64,000 nt of DNA, taken from positions 1 to 64,000 of the forward strand of contig CAWDGJ010000001.1 in the NCBI GenBank assembly GCA_963801815.1. The letters are read 5' to 3'. Both the position numbers and the translations under genes were made by a program. Origin of the DNA: an uncultured Verrucomicrobiae bacterium. GTDB taxonomy: Bacteria; Verrucomicrobiota; Verrucomicrobiia; Chthoniobacterales; UBA10450. Of this stretch, positions 10,540 through 20,319 are shown piece after piece; position 1 is the stretch's first letter; the number at the start of each line of letters is the position of its first letter. Under the pieces are notes generated by a model. It was given only the letters and a program-made list of their open reading frames with translations, did not search any database and was not told the DNA's origin.

Positions 10540-11034
10540 GTGAGCGACGCCCAGAGGGCGCCCTTGACGCGACAGCCGCGACTGGGAAATCGGGCGCGAG
10601 GAAGACGGCGGCACCCCCCGGCCCGCGATTTTACCGATGGTCTTGCCTTGGATGTAACAGCGGATATCCGCGGAATCGTTCCCATATGGGACATCGGGAG
10701 CACGATCCAGCAGCCCCTCCTGGACGACTGGGCGGAGCAGCGGGAGTTGCACGATGACAAGGATCCACCGTTCTACGGCATAATCCAGCCGACCCGTCAT
10801 GTCTTGGAATGGCTCATCGACCATGAGCCAGACGCGGCCGGACACGCCATCGGCCGGACGATCGGCGAAGCCAGCCACCGCTTCGGTATCAGTCGCGAGG
10901 TTAGCGAGAAGTCAATACAGATGGCCTTGAGCAAGACCGGGGCAGCTCGTGGCCCGCGCCGTGAGTTCCTGAACCGAGTCCTCAGCCCGGACACCCCCAG
11001 CCCTGCGCCTGACAGAACACATGAAGGTAAATGA
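10540..11034 (+). CDS. Hypothetical protein, possibly a 3' fragment
   Basis: Protein-like composition in the last two thirds; no recognised motif. Confidence 0.4.
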   Translation: MSDAQRAPLTRQPRLGNRARGRRRHPPARDFTDGLALDVTADIRGIVPIWDIGSTIQQPLLDDWAEQRELHDDKDPPFYGIIQPTRHVLEWLIDHEPDAAGHAIGRTIGEASHRFGISREVSEKSIQMALSKTGAARGPRREFLNRVLSPDTPSPAPDRTHEGK

Positions 11035-11181
11035 AGGCGGCCCCGGTTAGGGCGGGGGGCGGCTGGGCAGCAGGACCACTTCCGGGAAGAAAGAGGTTCC
11101 CAATGGAAGATACAAGCTCTACGCCGCCGTCAATGGTGACAGGCGAAAGGAACTGCCCTCACGCACGGAGTGACTGGTATC

Positions 11182-11373
11182 TCAGGAATGCGCGGCCATG
11201 TACTCGATGACGGTGTTGGCATTCCCGGCTTCGGCGTATAGGTCGGAGTCCGGGTCGTCTTCGGCCGCGCGCCAGAGCCCGTAGCGCTTGTCCCAGAAGA
11301 CGGACCAGCGGGGGTGATCGCGGAGGAAGCTGGTGATACGAGCGGCCTGGGCGGGCGGGGGAAGATGGGGCAT
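11182..11373 (-). CDS. Small Trp-rich hypothetical protein divergent from GntR
   Basis: 63-aa ORF (FLRDHPRWSVFWDKRYGLWRA) arranged head-to-head with GntR. Confidence 0.65.
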   Translation of the reverse strand: MPHLPPPAQAARITSFLRDHPRWSVFWDKRYGLWRAAEDDPDSDLYAEAGNANTVIEYMAAHS

Positions 11374-11411
11374 CGGGTCCTGCCGGGATACGGGAGTGGG
11401 CTCGCCTCCCA

Positions 11412-11462
11412 GTATAGATGGTATAGACGGTATGAGCTAGCGCAGTCAGTGTAGACGGTATG
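11412..11462. promoter_or_regulatory. Probable GntR operator repeats in a divergent promoter
   Basis: GTATAGATG, GTATAGACG-GTATG and GTGTAGACG-GTATG direct repeats. Confidence 0.6.
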
Positions 11463-11495
11463 CGCAGGTCAGGGTCGGCTTGCGATCATGGACCC

Positions 11496-11723
11496 ATGCC
11501 GCCACGGGGCCCGGAGCTGCCCTCCCGCCAGGTCGAGGACGATCTGCGGCGCCGCTGCGCGGCCGGGGAATGGAAGCCGGGCGAGCGGCTGCCTGCCGTG
11601 GCCGACCTCGCTCAGCACTACGGCGTGGCCCGCAATACGGTCGCCAAGGCGCTGCGTCACCTAGCCGAGGACGGCCTAGTCGAGATCGTGCCGAGCTGGG
11701 GCACCTTCCGAGCCCGCTCGTGA
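11496..11723 (+). CDS. Stand-alone GntR-family wHTH regulator
   Basis: GEWKPGERLPAVADLAQHYGVARNTVAKALRHLAEDGLV...SWGTF. Confidence 0.9.
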   Translation: MPPRGPELPSRQVEDDLRRRCAAGEWKPGERLPAVADLAQHYGVARNTVAKALRHLAEDGLVEIVPSWGTFRARS

Positions 11724-11895
11724 TAACCGGAGACCACACTGAGCGGTCACCTACACCCGCGAGCCCGGTGCCTCACTGAAGTCGGCGTCATAACGCGATC
11801 GTGGCTAGCACGGGAGATGTCACCCGTTCGCGCGCAGCCCGGGCGGAAATGGCGCCTGCACGACATCGAGCGGACTAGGCGGCTCTTCGCCGCCG

Positions 11896-12144
11896 CTAGC
11901 CTGTCCACACGAGATCGAAGACGCGGACCAGACCAGCGGCTTCATCCACAACGAACACGATGAACCCGAAGTCGCCGACGTCCGCGACCCGCCGCCGCGG
12001 CACTCCGGTCGGCGCACTGAACACCGGATCGTACGGGTCGTCGCAAATCCTGGCCAGCAGCGTCACGAGCATGTCGAACCCTTGCTCCGGGAGGCCGTGC
12101 ATCTGCCGGAGCGCACCGGACTCCAGATAAGGCCGGTAGCTCAC
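11896..12144 (-). CDS. RelE/ParE-like putative toxin
   Basis: 82 aa; GTGA overlap with the upstream gene; RelE-like layout ending FIVFVVDEAAGLVRVFDLVW. Confidence 0.6.
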   Translation of the reverse strand: MSYRPYLESGALRQMHGLPEQGFDMLVTLLARICDDPYDPVFSAPTGVPRRRVADVGDFGFIVFVVDEAAGLVRVFDLVWTG

Positions 12145-12434
12145 GCCTGGGTGCGGCGCATCTGGATGTAGTCCTCCAGAAGCATCCCGCCGCCAGTCCC
12201 GGTCAACGCGGCCTCCTGCGCCTCGTAGAAGCTGGGGTGATTTGTGGCGATCGCCATCCCGCTCCAGAGCCGCAAAACGCGCCGCAGATTCCCCCACCCG
12301 GCCGGATCTCGCGCACCGTCCAGGGCTTCGCGGTAGGCAGCAAGAAAGTTCGCGCGTTCCCGGTCGGGCAGCTCCCGGAAGATCCGCTGCGGATCCAGCG
12401 GATCTTCATAGTGCTCAACGGGCTCGGCGGCCAT
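12141..12434 (-). CDS. DUF6247-like putative antitoxin
   Basis: LPDRERANFLAAYREAL...LRRVLRLW; TACTAT -10 box 6 nt before ATG suggests a leaderless transcript. Confidence 0.65.
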   Translation of the reverse strand: MAAEPVEHYEDPLDPQRIFRELPDRERANFLAAYREALDGARDPAGWGNLRRVLRLWSGMAIATNHPSFYEAQEAALTGTGGGMLLEDYIQMRRTQA

Positions 12435-12532
12435 GGGGTCATAGTACGACGAGTAGCGAGCAAACCGACGTCGCAACGCCAACGGCTGATGATGACGCTA
12501 CGTAGTTACAAGGGCCTCGCAGATGCCCGAAT

Positions 12533-12691
12533 TCGTGGACCGGTTCGTGGACCGAGTTGGCTGTGAATATGGGTGCAATGGGCGTTTTGAGGGTATTGGC
12601 CTGTGCTATCTGTGCAGGTAGAGCGATCGCGGCGTGGCGCCGGGCAACTTTTAACCCATTGGTTCAGGGTTCGACCCCCTGGCGCCCCACC
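12533..12691 (+). mobile_element. att module D: arm repeats plus 3' half of tRNA-Lys(TTT) (right end of the element)
   Basis: TCGTGGACCG x2, GTGCAA, GCTATCTGTGCAGGT, then a 45-bp core identical to module A at an offset of 9780. Confidence 0.9.
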
Positions 12692-12932
12692 TGGCAAAAC
12701 AACATCTTGATCATGGTTGTCGCCCGGCTGTCTTCTGGAGCCGACGCGGCGGCGGTGGTGGAGGTGATCTCCGAGTTTGCGCAGCGATCACGGCCTTGGC
12801 AGCAGCCTAGGCCGGACGGCACTGATCCTCGACGGTCCGGTTTTCAGGCCGGGCATATCCCGTGTTGGCACGGATCGCACGAGTGTTCTGCGCTGTCGCC
12901 CATTGTCGTTGCTTGCTGCTGTCGCTGTCAGC

Positions 12933-13541
12933 TCAGCTCCTGTCGTCCGGAGGCGAGCCGACCTGGCCGGTGCGTCTGATACGCCCCATCGAGGGCTGCC
13001 AGGTCATCACTGAGATGTCGGCGTCTCGCAGCTGCCGGAGGACGCGGTTCTCCCGCCCATATCCGAGAGGGCTGAAAAAGAACATGTCGAGCGGCCACCA
13101 GATTCCGACCCACACGAGCACCCACCCTGTGGTGGCGAACACGAGGTTGGTGTTGCCGGTAGAGCCCACCAGATTGCCCGTGAAGATCACCAGAAGGTAT
13201 CCGATGACGACGATGGGAACCCCGACCCATAGCGACCAGAGACCACCCAGACGAACCGCGCGCCGCTCGCGCTGGTTGTAACTGATGCGCTGGTCGCAGT
13301 AGCGACGCAGAGCCGTGCTGATTCGGTCGGCCAGGCCATCGCTGACTTCTGAGGGGGGCAACGAGAGCTCCAGCCGAACGGGGCCGCGGATACGCTGCGA
13401 CCGAAGCAGGCTGATGCAGTACTCGGCTCCGGTGAGGAAGTTGCGGTACTCGGAGAACAGGTCGGTCTGGGCCAAGGCGAACATCTCCTCAGCCCGGTTG
13501 AGCCGCAGCTCGATTATCTGACCCCTGCCGCGGTCCACCAC
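12933..13541 (-). CDS. Hypothetical membrane protein (two C-terminal TM helices)
   Basis: Hydrophobic segments LWVGVPIVVIGYLLVIF and GWVLVWVGIWWPLD. Confidence 0.75.
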   Translation of the reverse strand: MVDRGRGQIIELRLNRAEEMFALAQTDLFSEYRNFLTGAEYCISLLRSQRIRGPVRLELSLPPSEVSDGLADRISTALRRYCDQRISYNQRERRAVRLGGLWSLWVGVPIVVIGYLLVIFTGNLVGSTGNTNLVFATTGWVLVWVGIWWPLDMFFFSPLGYGRENRVLRQLRDADISVMTWQPSMGRIRRTGQVGSPPDDRS

Positions 13542-13976
13542 CCAACTCTAGCCAACGGACAGACCAAGACACAGAGGTGCCGGCGAGCCGGAGCGAAGGT
13601 GCGCTTGCCCTGCCATCGGTGGAGTCACCATCAAGCTTTCAAGCCAGTCCCCTTGCACCGGGCTACGGGCCGGGGTTTGGCGCCGCTGCATGCGGGCAGC
13701 AGGACAGTCGAGCCTGCGGACCGGCCTGAGATTCCCCCGCTCCATCAGGCTGGTGACCTGCGGGCCAGGGGTTCGGAGAACCCCCGCCTGGGCCGCCGGG
13801 GCCTCTCCTCTCCCCCTAGCGAGCAGGCCTCCGCGGCCCGGGCCACGCCACCCATGACGCGGTCCGCTGTACGAGGCAGCCAGATCCGATTTCGCCATCC
13901 GCTGAGGGTGGCCCGCTGCACCACATCCCGACTCCGCAGAAGCGGTAACGTTTCCGGAACGGTCGGGGCGTAGCGT

Positions 13977-14948
13977 GTGGCTTGTGAACGAGATGGCCTG
14001 GTAGGGCAGGCCGCGGTGACGGCCGGTGCGGGGCGTCGCCTGCCTGCGGCCTCGCGTGGAACCGCGTCTGATGTGGTCGCCGTGCTTTCCGCCGGTTTGA
14101 TGCTGGCGCTGACCGCGGCAGCGGTGGCCATGATGGTGGCAGCGGGCCAGACGTCGCGAATCTGTGGGGGACGGTCGTGCTGGCGCTGGGGTGCGCCGCC
14201 GGGGGGTTTGCCGTTGCCCGCCGCCAGCCCGCCAATCCGATCGGCTGGGCTGCTGCTGCTGGGTTTCGCGGTCATCGATCTGGTCGGCGGCTTCACTTCG
14301 GGATATGCGCTGCTGTGCTACCGGCTGGGGCATAGCGGCCTGCCACTGGGCCGCGCAGCTGTCGTGGCTGAGGCCCTGTCCGGAACGCTCACAACCGTGA
14401 TCCTTCCGCTGGTCGTCCTGCTGTTTCCTGATGGCAGGCTGCCTTCGCGCCGCTGGCGCTGGGCGATCGGGGCCTTCATCGTCTTTGCCGGCGTAGTACT
14501 GGCCGGTCAACTCGCCCAAGCGATGAGCGCCGTCATTGGGCATCCCGTCCAGGTGGGCAGCAGCGGCAGCCTGGTTGCGCTGAACAACCCGCCACGAGGG
14601 CGATGGGAAATGGCCTTGAACGGGCTGGCGATCTCCGCGTACCTGCTGGTGTGGCTGCTGGTGGGACTGTATGCCGGGCTAGTGCTGCTGGCCACCCGGG
14701 TGCTGTCGTTGCACGGGACGGTGGCGGTGGCTGCAGCCACGCTGGCCGCCGCGGCGGCATTCAGCCCTGTGCTACGAAGGGTACAAATCCGGGTAGACCG
14801 GCGGTTCAACCGAGCCCGGTACGACGCTGATCAGACCGTAGCTGCGTTCGCGGCGCGGCTGAAAGACACTGTGGATCTGAATTCAGCGCGTGAGGACCTG
14901 GCCGGAGTCGTGCACCAGGCCCTGGAACCTGTGCATGTGTCGGTGTGA
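13977..14948 (+). pseudogene. Degenerate actinobacterial multi-pass membrane protein
   Basis: LLFPDGRLPSRRWR and VDRRFNRARYDADQTVAAFAARL motifs, with apparent internal deletions or out-of-frame patches. Confidence 0.55.
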
Positions 14949-15016
14949 ATCGACCCACGCGGGTGACCCGACTTCGGGAAAGCCTGGCGCAGTGGGTACG
15001 GCATTACGGCACCGGG

Positions 15017-15256
15017 TTAGTGCCCGGCGGGGAACCGGATGACGACCCCCTTCGGGACGTTCACGGTCCATTGGCCTTTGTTAACGTACGGGTTGAACGT
15101 CGTCGGCTGGCTGTGGGAGCTGAGCGTCTTCCATAGCAGCGTGGCGACGTCGGTTGTGTGTGAGCTGGCTAGGGTGTCGAGGGAGTACTGGCCGGTGCTG
15201 GTCCAGTCCCAGTCATGATCCGGCGGCGGGGTCTGTGTCGTGGGGTACTCGGTCAT
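15017..15256 (-). CDS. Small protein, possible divergent LysM-like domain
   Basis: GGAGGAG RBS; SLDTLASSHTTDVATLL...VPKGVVIRFP follows LysM spacing. Confidence 0.55.
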   Translation of the reverse strand: MTEYPTTQTPPPDHDWDWTSTGQYSLDTLASSHTTDVATLLWKTLSSHSQPTTFNPYVNKGQWTVNVPKGVVIRFPAGH

Positions 15257-16088
15257 GCGATCTCCTCCGCTGGGGGGCGGCGCGCCGCCGCCGGGTCCGG
15301 CCGCACAGCGTTCCCGATCGATTTCGCCCGCGTGTAGCGCGCCTGCCTGTCGGCGAGCCCGTCCGCACCCCCGTTGATGCTTTTCGTCGCCGCGAGCACG
15401 TCGCCGCGATCGCTTACTCGCACCACGCTAGGTCTGTCATCGGGGTGATCGCAAGGGGTTAGGAAATATCCGGCTGCCGCCGCGATGACCGTTTCGCGTG
15501 TACCTTCATCAGCTGTTTTCCGCCTGTGCACGTTGTCCTGCGGGCACAGTCATGCTTGTGCCCGCCGAGGTCGTCGGCGACCAGCTGGGCGCAGGCGTCT
15601 GGGCGGCGCTGGCCGCCGCCGCGGCACCGGTGATCAAGCCGCGCCGTATTATCCCGTGCATTGTCATACCCCTTTGGACGGACCTGCCGTATGAGGCGGG
15701 TCGGACCCGGGAAGGCATGCCGCAGGTCTCACCCGGCGGCCTGGAGTCATCCCCCCTCGTGCCGAGGGTCCTGTCTCGCCGCGTATCTGGTATATGGCGG
15801 GAGCGGCTTTGGGATCAAGCCATCCATGCGGCGGGTCCGATCGGGCGATTCGGGAGCATCAACTCCTGACTCGCGCTGGCAGGTCTCGCCGGTGACGGTG
15901 GCGGCGCACGAGTGGCACGGGATGAAATGGCGGGGACGGTGTATCAACGGGCCATGCATTCCCTCCGGGAAAGTGCCGACCCCTTCGATTGGCCCACCGC
16001 GGCAAAGCCGGTCACGTGGCCGAACCCGCAGGGGTGGCGGAATCGTTGATAGGCCAGGACATCTCCCGGCCGAGCTAATGGAGGACCC

Positions 16089-16265
16089 ATGTTCACGAAT
16101 TCTTACCTCAGCACGGAACTCGGCCGTGATCGGCAGCGCGAAATGCTCGCGCGTGCCGAAAGCCAGCGTGTGGCCCGGCAGGCTCATGCCCAGTCCAGGA
16201 CAGCCAAGTCGGTCGAGCGGCCCAGGCGGCGGCTTCGCCGTGCCCTGCGTGTCGTTTTCGCCTGA
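16089..16265 (+). CDS. Small basic hypothetical protein (58 aa, not in the ORF track)
   Basis: GGAGG RBS; MFTNSYLSTELGRDRQREMLARAESQRVARQ...LRVVFA*. Confidence 0.6.
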   Translation: MFTNSYLSTELGRDRQREMLARAESQRVARQAHAQSRTAKSVERPRRRLRRALRVVFA

Positions 16266-16371
16266 GAGTGAACGCGGCCGTTGTCCCGGCGTCCGCGACC
16301 CCGTCGCTTTGTCGGCCATTTCCCTTGCCCCCTTAACGGATGCGCCAACCCGGACGCCGTATGGGAGCACT

Positions 16372-16412
16372 AAGCAAAACGACCCCGGCCACCCGGCCGG
16401 GGTCTTTGCTTT
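16372..16412. terminator. Bidirectional intrinsic terminator
   Basis: AAGCAAA-ac-GACCCCGGCC...GGCCGGGGTC-TTTGCTTT between convergent genes. Confidence 0.75.
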
Positions 16413-16469
16413 GTCTAACGATTTATCACGTCATAATGGCGCTGTCCAGTACTGGATCTGAAGCCGTTG

Positions 16470-16871
16470 TCAGGCGGCGATTGACGGCGGGACCAGCGGC
16501 TCCGGACGCTGGGACAAAGAGCGGGTCAGCGAATCAAGCAGAAGACGACCGGCCCGGAAATAATCCGCTGTGGGCCGGACGAGCCTGCTGGGAATGAGCT
16601 CCAATGCGGTGGACGATGAGGACCAGCGGTCGATGTCCAGTCGCATATGAAGCGGCAGGTACAGCGGACCGCGGGCCAGGCGGACCCGGATCCGGTGTGT
16701 ACCCACGTCGTGATCGTCCTCCATCGGCCCGAGCAACTGGCTTCCTCCGAACCGGAGTTCCTGGCTCGTGCGCAGCCAATCGTCAAGTGCCGTCACGTAC
16801 GTCCCAAAGGGGACATCCACGATCCGCCAGAACGACAGCGATCCGGGCACCGGGACCATGCTCGTACTCAT
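16470..16871 (-). CDS. Hypothetical protein
   Basis: GGAGGAG RBS upstream; protein-like composition. Confidence 0.6.
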   Translation of the reverse strand: MSTSMVPVPGSLSFWRIVDVPFGTYVTALDDWLRTSQELRFGGSQLLGPMEDDHDVGTHRIRVRLARGPLYLPLHMRLDIDRWSSSSTALELIPSRLVRPTADYFRAGRLLLDSLTRSLSQRPEPLVPPSIAA

Positions 16872-17654
16872 GCCACCTGCTCCTCCCGCCCTCTAGGGCG
16901 TGATCCTTCTTGGGCCCTGGGAACCCTGTCTGGTTCCCTCCACCCTCAAGGTTCGCCGTAAGGTCTCTGCCACCGCATCGGACGAACGCCCTATCTCTGG
17001 TCTCTACAGAGGCTTAGCCGCTGTCAATCCTCAAGCAGCCGACATAAGCCGTCTTAGCCCAGGTCAGGGCGCCAGGAGCCACCATGGACGTGCCACGGGC
17101 CCACAGCCTTGATGGGGATCTTGCCGATGAGTTGCGGTCGGACAGTGCGTGACGGCAAGGCGCGCCGGATCGGCAGAGGCGGGGAAGTCTGCGCGCGCCC
17201 AGAGCGGAGGCTGTTCGCGCGATCCGCGGTTGACGCTAGCGCCGAAATTTCCGGAAAACGCTGACCAGAACTAAAGATCACCGTCGGAGAAGGGCTACGC
17301 AAGGATCACTAGCAGATCAGAAATATGCCGGACATCGGTACAAGACAAAGTTTAACGTGCTGCTAGGGAGAGCGGAGCACGGGCGGCCGCGGCGCGGCCC
17401 GACTCCTCGCATCGTGCCTGCCGTCCTGGCTCAGCGGTCCTGGCGTACCGTCTGCGCTCACCCGGTACAGCCATCTGTTCGCCGAACGACCGAGGAGCAG
17501 CGATTCTACCGACTTCCGCCCGGGTGGACGTGTTGTCACCGCCGCCACGGCGGGGGGTGGCGCGCGCCGCCTACGCCTCGCGCTGGTCCGGTGGCCCAGC
17601 CGTGACCGGCGGGCAGGCCTGCTCTGATGGCACGGCCTCGGGAAATCCGGGTAG

Positions 17655-20306
17655 ATGACGCAGATCGCGCCGGATCACCGCGCGGGCGAATCCGCAGAGG
17701 CGAGCACACTGTGCGACGAGATCGACGCCGAACCGGGTGCCGGGCTGCTGATCGACATCATAGGTCCCGGTGGCTGCGGTAAAACACCACTGATCGAGGC
17801 GGCAGCCCGGCATTATGACAAAGCTGGCGTGCCGGTCATCACGGACTGTCACACGAGCGGGGATCTGACCGAGGCGTCAGTGCTGATCGACGATGCGCAC
17901 CTGCTCAGTGAGGCCGACCTCGACCGGCTACGGCAGCTCGCCCGCTCCCCCGGTCAGCGACTGCTCGTGGCGCACCGCCGATGGCCCGCGAGCCCGGCGC
18001 TTACCGCGCTTGGCTCGGTTCTTACCGCGCATCGCCCGCCGATCGTGCTCGGCCACCTGGACCGGGCGGCCCTGGCTGACCGAGTTGGTGAACTACTGGG
18101 CGCTCCCGGCCCGGAACCGCTGATCCGGCTGCTGTTCGAGCAGACCGCCGGCCTGCCCGTTCTGCTCGAACAGCTGGTGGTCGGGCTGAGGGACAGCGGT
18201 CAGCTCAGCGCGGAGGTCCTCAGTCATCTTGCGCCGCGTACCAGACTCGACCTTCCCGCCGGTGTTCAGGAGCAATTGCGGTATGTCATCGAGGCGTTGC
18301 CAGCTGAGGTGCGGGGCGTGCTTTTCGCCGCGACACTGGGGGCGGGCGGTGACACCGAGACACTCGCCCAGCTGCTGGAAGCCGACGGGCCGACCATCAA
18401 TGCGGCACTGAGGGCAGCTCAGGCCACCGGGCTCATGACCGATGAGGGCGCGGTCGTGCCGCTGGTCGGGCGGCTGCTGCTGCGGCTGGCTCCAGCGGCG
18501 GACACAAACCGTGTTTGCGAGACGCTGGCCGGCCTGCAGCTACGGCGCGGTGGCTCCATGCTGCCGGTGGGCCAGGCCTTGATGACGGCCGGCGCTCAAG
18601 GCCCTCAGGTGGCAACTGCGTTGCTGGCTGCGGGCAACGAGGCGCTCAGTTCGGCGCCCGAACTGGCTGACAAGCTCTTCAGCGCAGCCGGTGCGGCCGG
18701 AACGCAAACCCCTTCCCTGCTCGCACACCGGGCCGACGCCGCCGCGCGAACCGGCCGGCTCGACGAAGCGCTGAGGCTGGCGGACAAGGCGCTGAGCGAC
18801 GAGGATCCCTCCGAACGAGCCCGCGCCCTCAGCATCACCGCTGCCGTCCTTGCCCATCGCGGGCTGCTGTCCCGCGCGGCCGAACTGTACCGGGTGGCCG
18901 GGTCGGCCGGCGGGGCCGATTACCCGTTGATCGCCGTTCCGGCGCTGGCCGGTATCGGCGCCATCGGCGAGGCCCGGCAGGTGCTGGCCGCCGCCAACCG
19001 GCAGGTCGAGAGCGCACCAACTCTGCTCAGCGGCGTGGAGTCGCTGATGGCCCGCGGCATCGAGGAGACGATTAACGGATCGCCTGTCACGGCGCTTTCC
19101 CAGCTCACCCGGGCCGCGACGCTACTGGAGTCGGCAGGCAGCACGCCGTTGCTGCCCGATACCCCCGCGGCGCTGGCCGCGCTGGTGGCCATGCACGCCG
19201 GGGAGTTCGGCGCAGCCCACTCGGTGCTGCGGCGGGCCCTAACGGCTGGGCTAGGCGGCAAGGTACCCGCCACGCGGCACACCCTCCTGCTGGCCTTCCT
19301 CGCTACCATGCGCGGGCATACTAAGGACGCGCACGCGCTGCTTGGCTCGGCGGGTGTTGACCGGCTGCCGCTGGAACCCCGCGACGAGCTGTTCGCAGCG
19401 GCCGCGGCCATGGGCCTGGCCAGGCGGGAAGGCGATCTGGCTGTCTTGCAGCGCGGCTGGTCGCGGGCACGTGAGGCGTTGCTCCGCCATCCGGTCGACC
19501 TGTATGTGCTGCTGCCACTGGGCGAGCTGGCGGTCGCCGCGGCCCGGCTACGGGAGCAGTGGTGGATCGAGCCGCACCTGCACCAGGCGGAGGTGCTGCT
19601 GGCGAGACTCGGCCAGCCCGTGTTGTGGCGGGTACCGCTGCACTGGTATGGCATGCACGCCGCGATAGCCGGCGAATCACCGGAGGAGGCCAGACGGCAC
19701 GTGTCCGCGCTGGCTGAGCTGGCGGCGGCCAACCCGTACGCCGCCGTGCTCGCCGGGGCCGCCGCGTGCTGGATGCGGGTGCTGGCCGACACGGCAGACG
19801 TGGATGCCGTGGTCGTAACCGCGCGCCAGCTTGCCGCGGCGGGCTTCGGCGCGGAGGGCGCCCGGCTGGCGGGGCAGGCTGCGATCCGCGCCACCGACCG
19901 CAAAGCCATGACCACCCTGCTGGAGTGCGCTCGCCTGGTGCGGCCGGACGGCTCCGCGCAAGCCGACCATCCGGCTCCGGTGGCGGTACAGGAACCAGCC
20001 GTCCCGGGCGAGGGTCCGCCGCGGCAGGCCGAGATTCCCCTGCGGCCCGCCGGAAGCCCGCAGCCGGCCGGGGGCCAGCATCCCGGTGCCCTGCCCGCCG
20101 CCACGCTCAGCAGGAGAGAACAGGAGATCGCTCGGCGGGTGCTGACCGGCCTGACCTACAAAGAGATCGGCGCCCAACTGTTCATCTCGGCCAAGACCGT
20201 GGAGCACCATGTGGCGCGGATCCGTCGGCGGCTGGGCGCGACCAGTCGCCGCGAGCTGTTCGGACACCTGCAGGTCATGCTCGCGCCGGAGAACGGGCCG
20301 GAGTAA
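17655..20306 (+). CDS. iniR: IniR-like large ATP-binding LuxR (MalT/LAL-type) regulator
   Basis: Walker A GPGGCGKT, LIDDAHLL, C-terminal LuxR HTH SAKTVEHHVARIRRRLG; adjacent to iniAC-like genes. Confidence 0.85.
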   Translation: MTQIAPDHRAGESAEASTLCDEIDAEPGAGLLIDIIGPGGCGKTPLIEAAARHYDKAGVPVITDCHTSGDLTEASVLIDDAHLLSEADLDRLRQLARSPGQRLLVAHRRWPASPALTALGSVLTAHRPPIVLGHLDRAALADRVGELLGAPGPEPLIRLLFEQTAGLPVLLEQLVVGLRDSGQLSAEVLSHLAPRTRLDLPAGVQEQLRYVIEALPAEVRGVLFAATLGAGGDTETLAQLLEADGPTINAALRAAQATGLMTDEGAVVPLVGRLLLRLAPAADTNRVCETLAGLQLRRGGSMLPVGQALMTAGAQGPQVATALLAAGNEALSSAPELADKLFSAAGAAGTQTPSLLAHRADAAARTGRLDEALRLADKALSDEDPSERARALSITAAVLAHRGLLSRAAELYRVAGSAGGADYPLIAVPALAGIGAIGEARQVLAAANRQVESAPTLLSGVESLMARGIEETINGSPVTALSQLTRAATLLESAGSTPLLPDTPAALAALVAMHAGEFGAAHSVLRRALTAGLGGKVPATRHTLLLAFLATMRGHTKDAHALLGSAGVDRLPLEPRDELFAAAAAMGLARREGDLAVLQRGWSRAREALLRHPVDLYVLLPLGELAVAAARLREQWWIEPHLHQAEVLLARLGQPVLWRVPLHWYGMHAAIAGESPEEARRHVSALAELAAANPYAAVLAGAAACWMRVLADTADVDAVVVTARQLAAAGFGAEGARLAGQAAIRATDRKAMTTLLECARLVRPDGSAQADHPAPVAVQEPAVPGEGPPRQAEIPLRPAGSPQPAGGQHPGALPAATLSRREQEIARRVLTGLTYKEIGAQLFISAKTVEHHVARIRRRLGATSRRELFGHLQVMLAPENGPE

Positions 20307-20319
20307 CGGCAGGCGGAGC

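Larger units (their letters stand above)
2867..12691 (+). mobile_element. Integrative element (unit length 9780 bp) at a tRNA-Lys(TTT) att site
   Basis: Identical 45-bp direct repeats at 2867-2911 and 12647-12691; integrase starts just inside the left end; matching TCGTGGACCG arm repeats at 2940-2962 and 12533-12555. Confidence 0.85.

Noticed and set aside
8532..10760. 742-aa extended CLC protein
   Set aside because: The RBS places the start at 10328, and the C-terminal extension is read-through into antisense transposase
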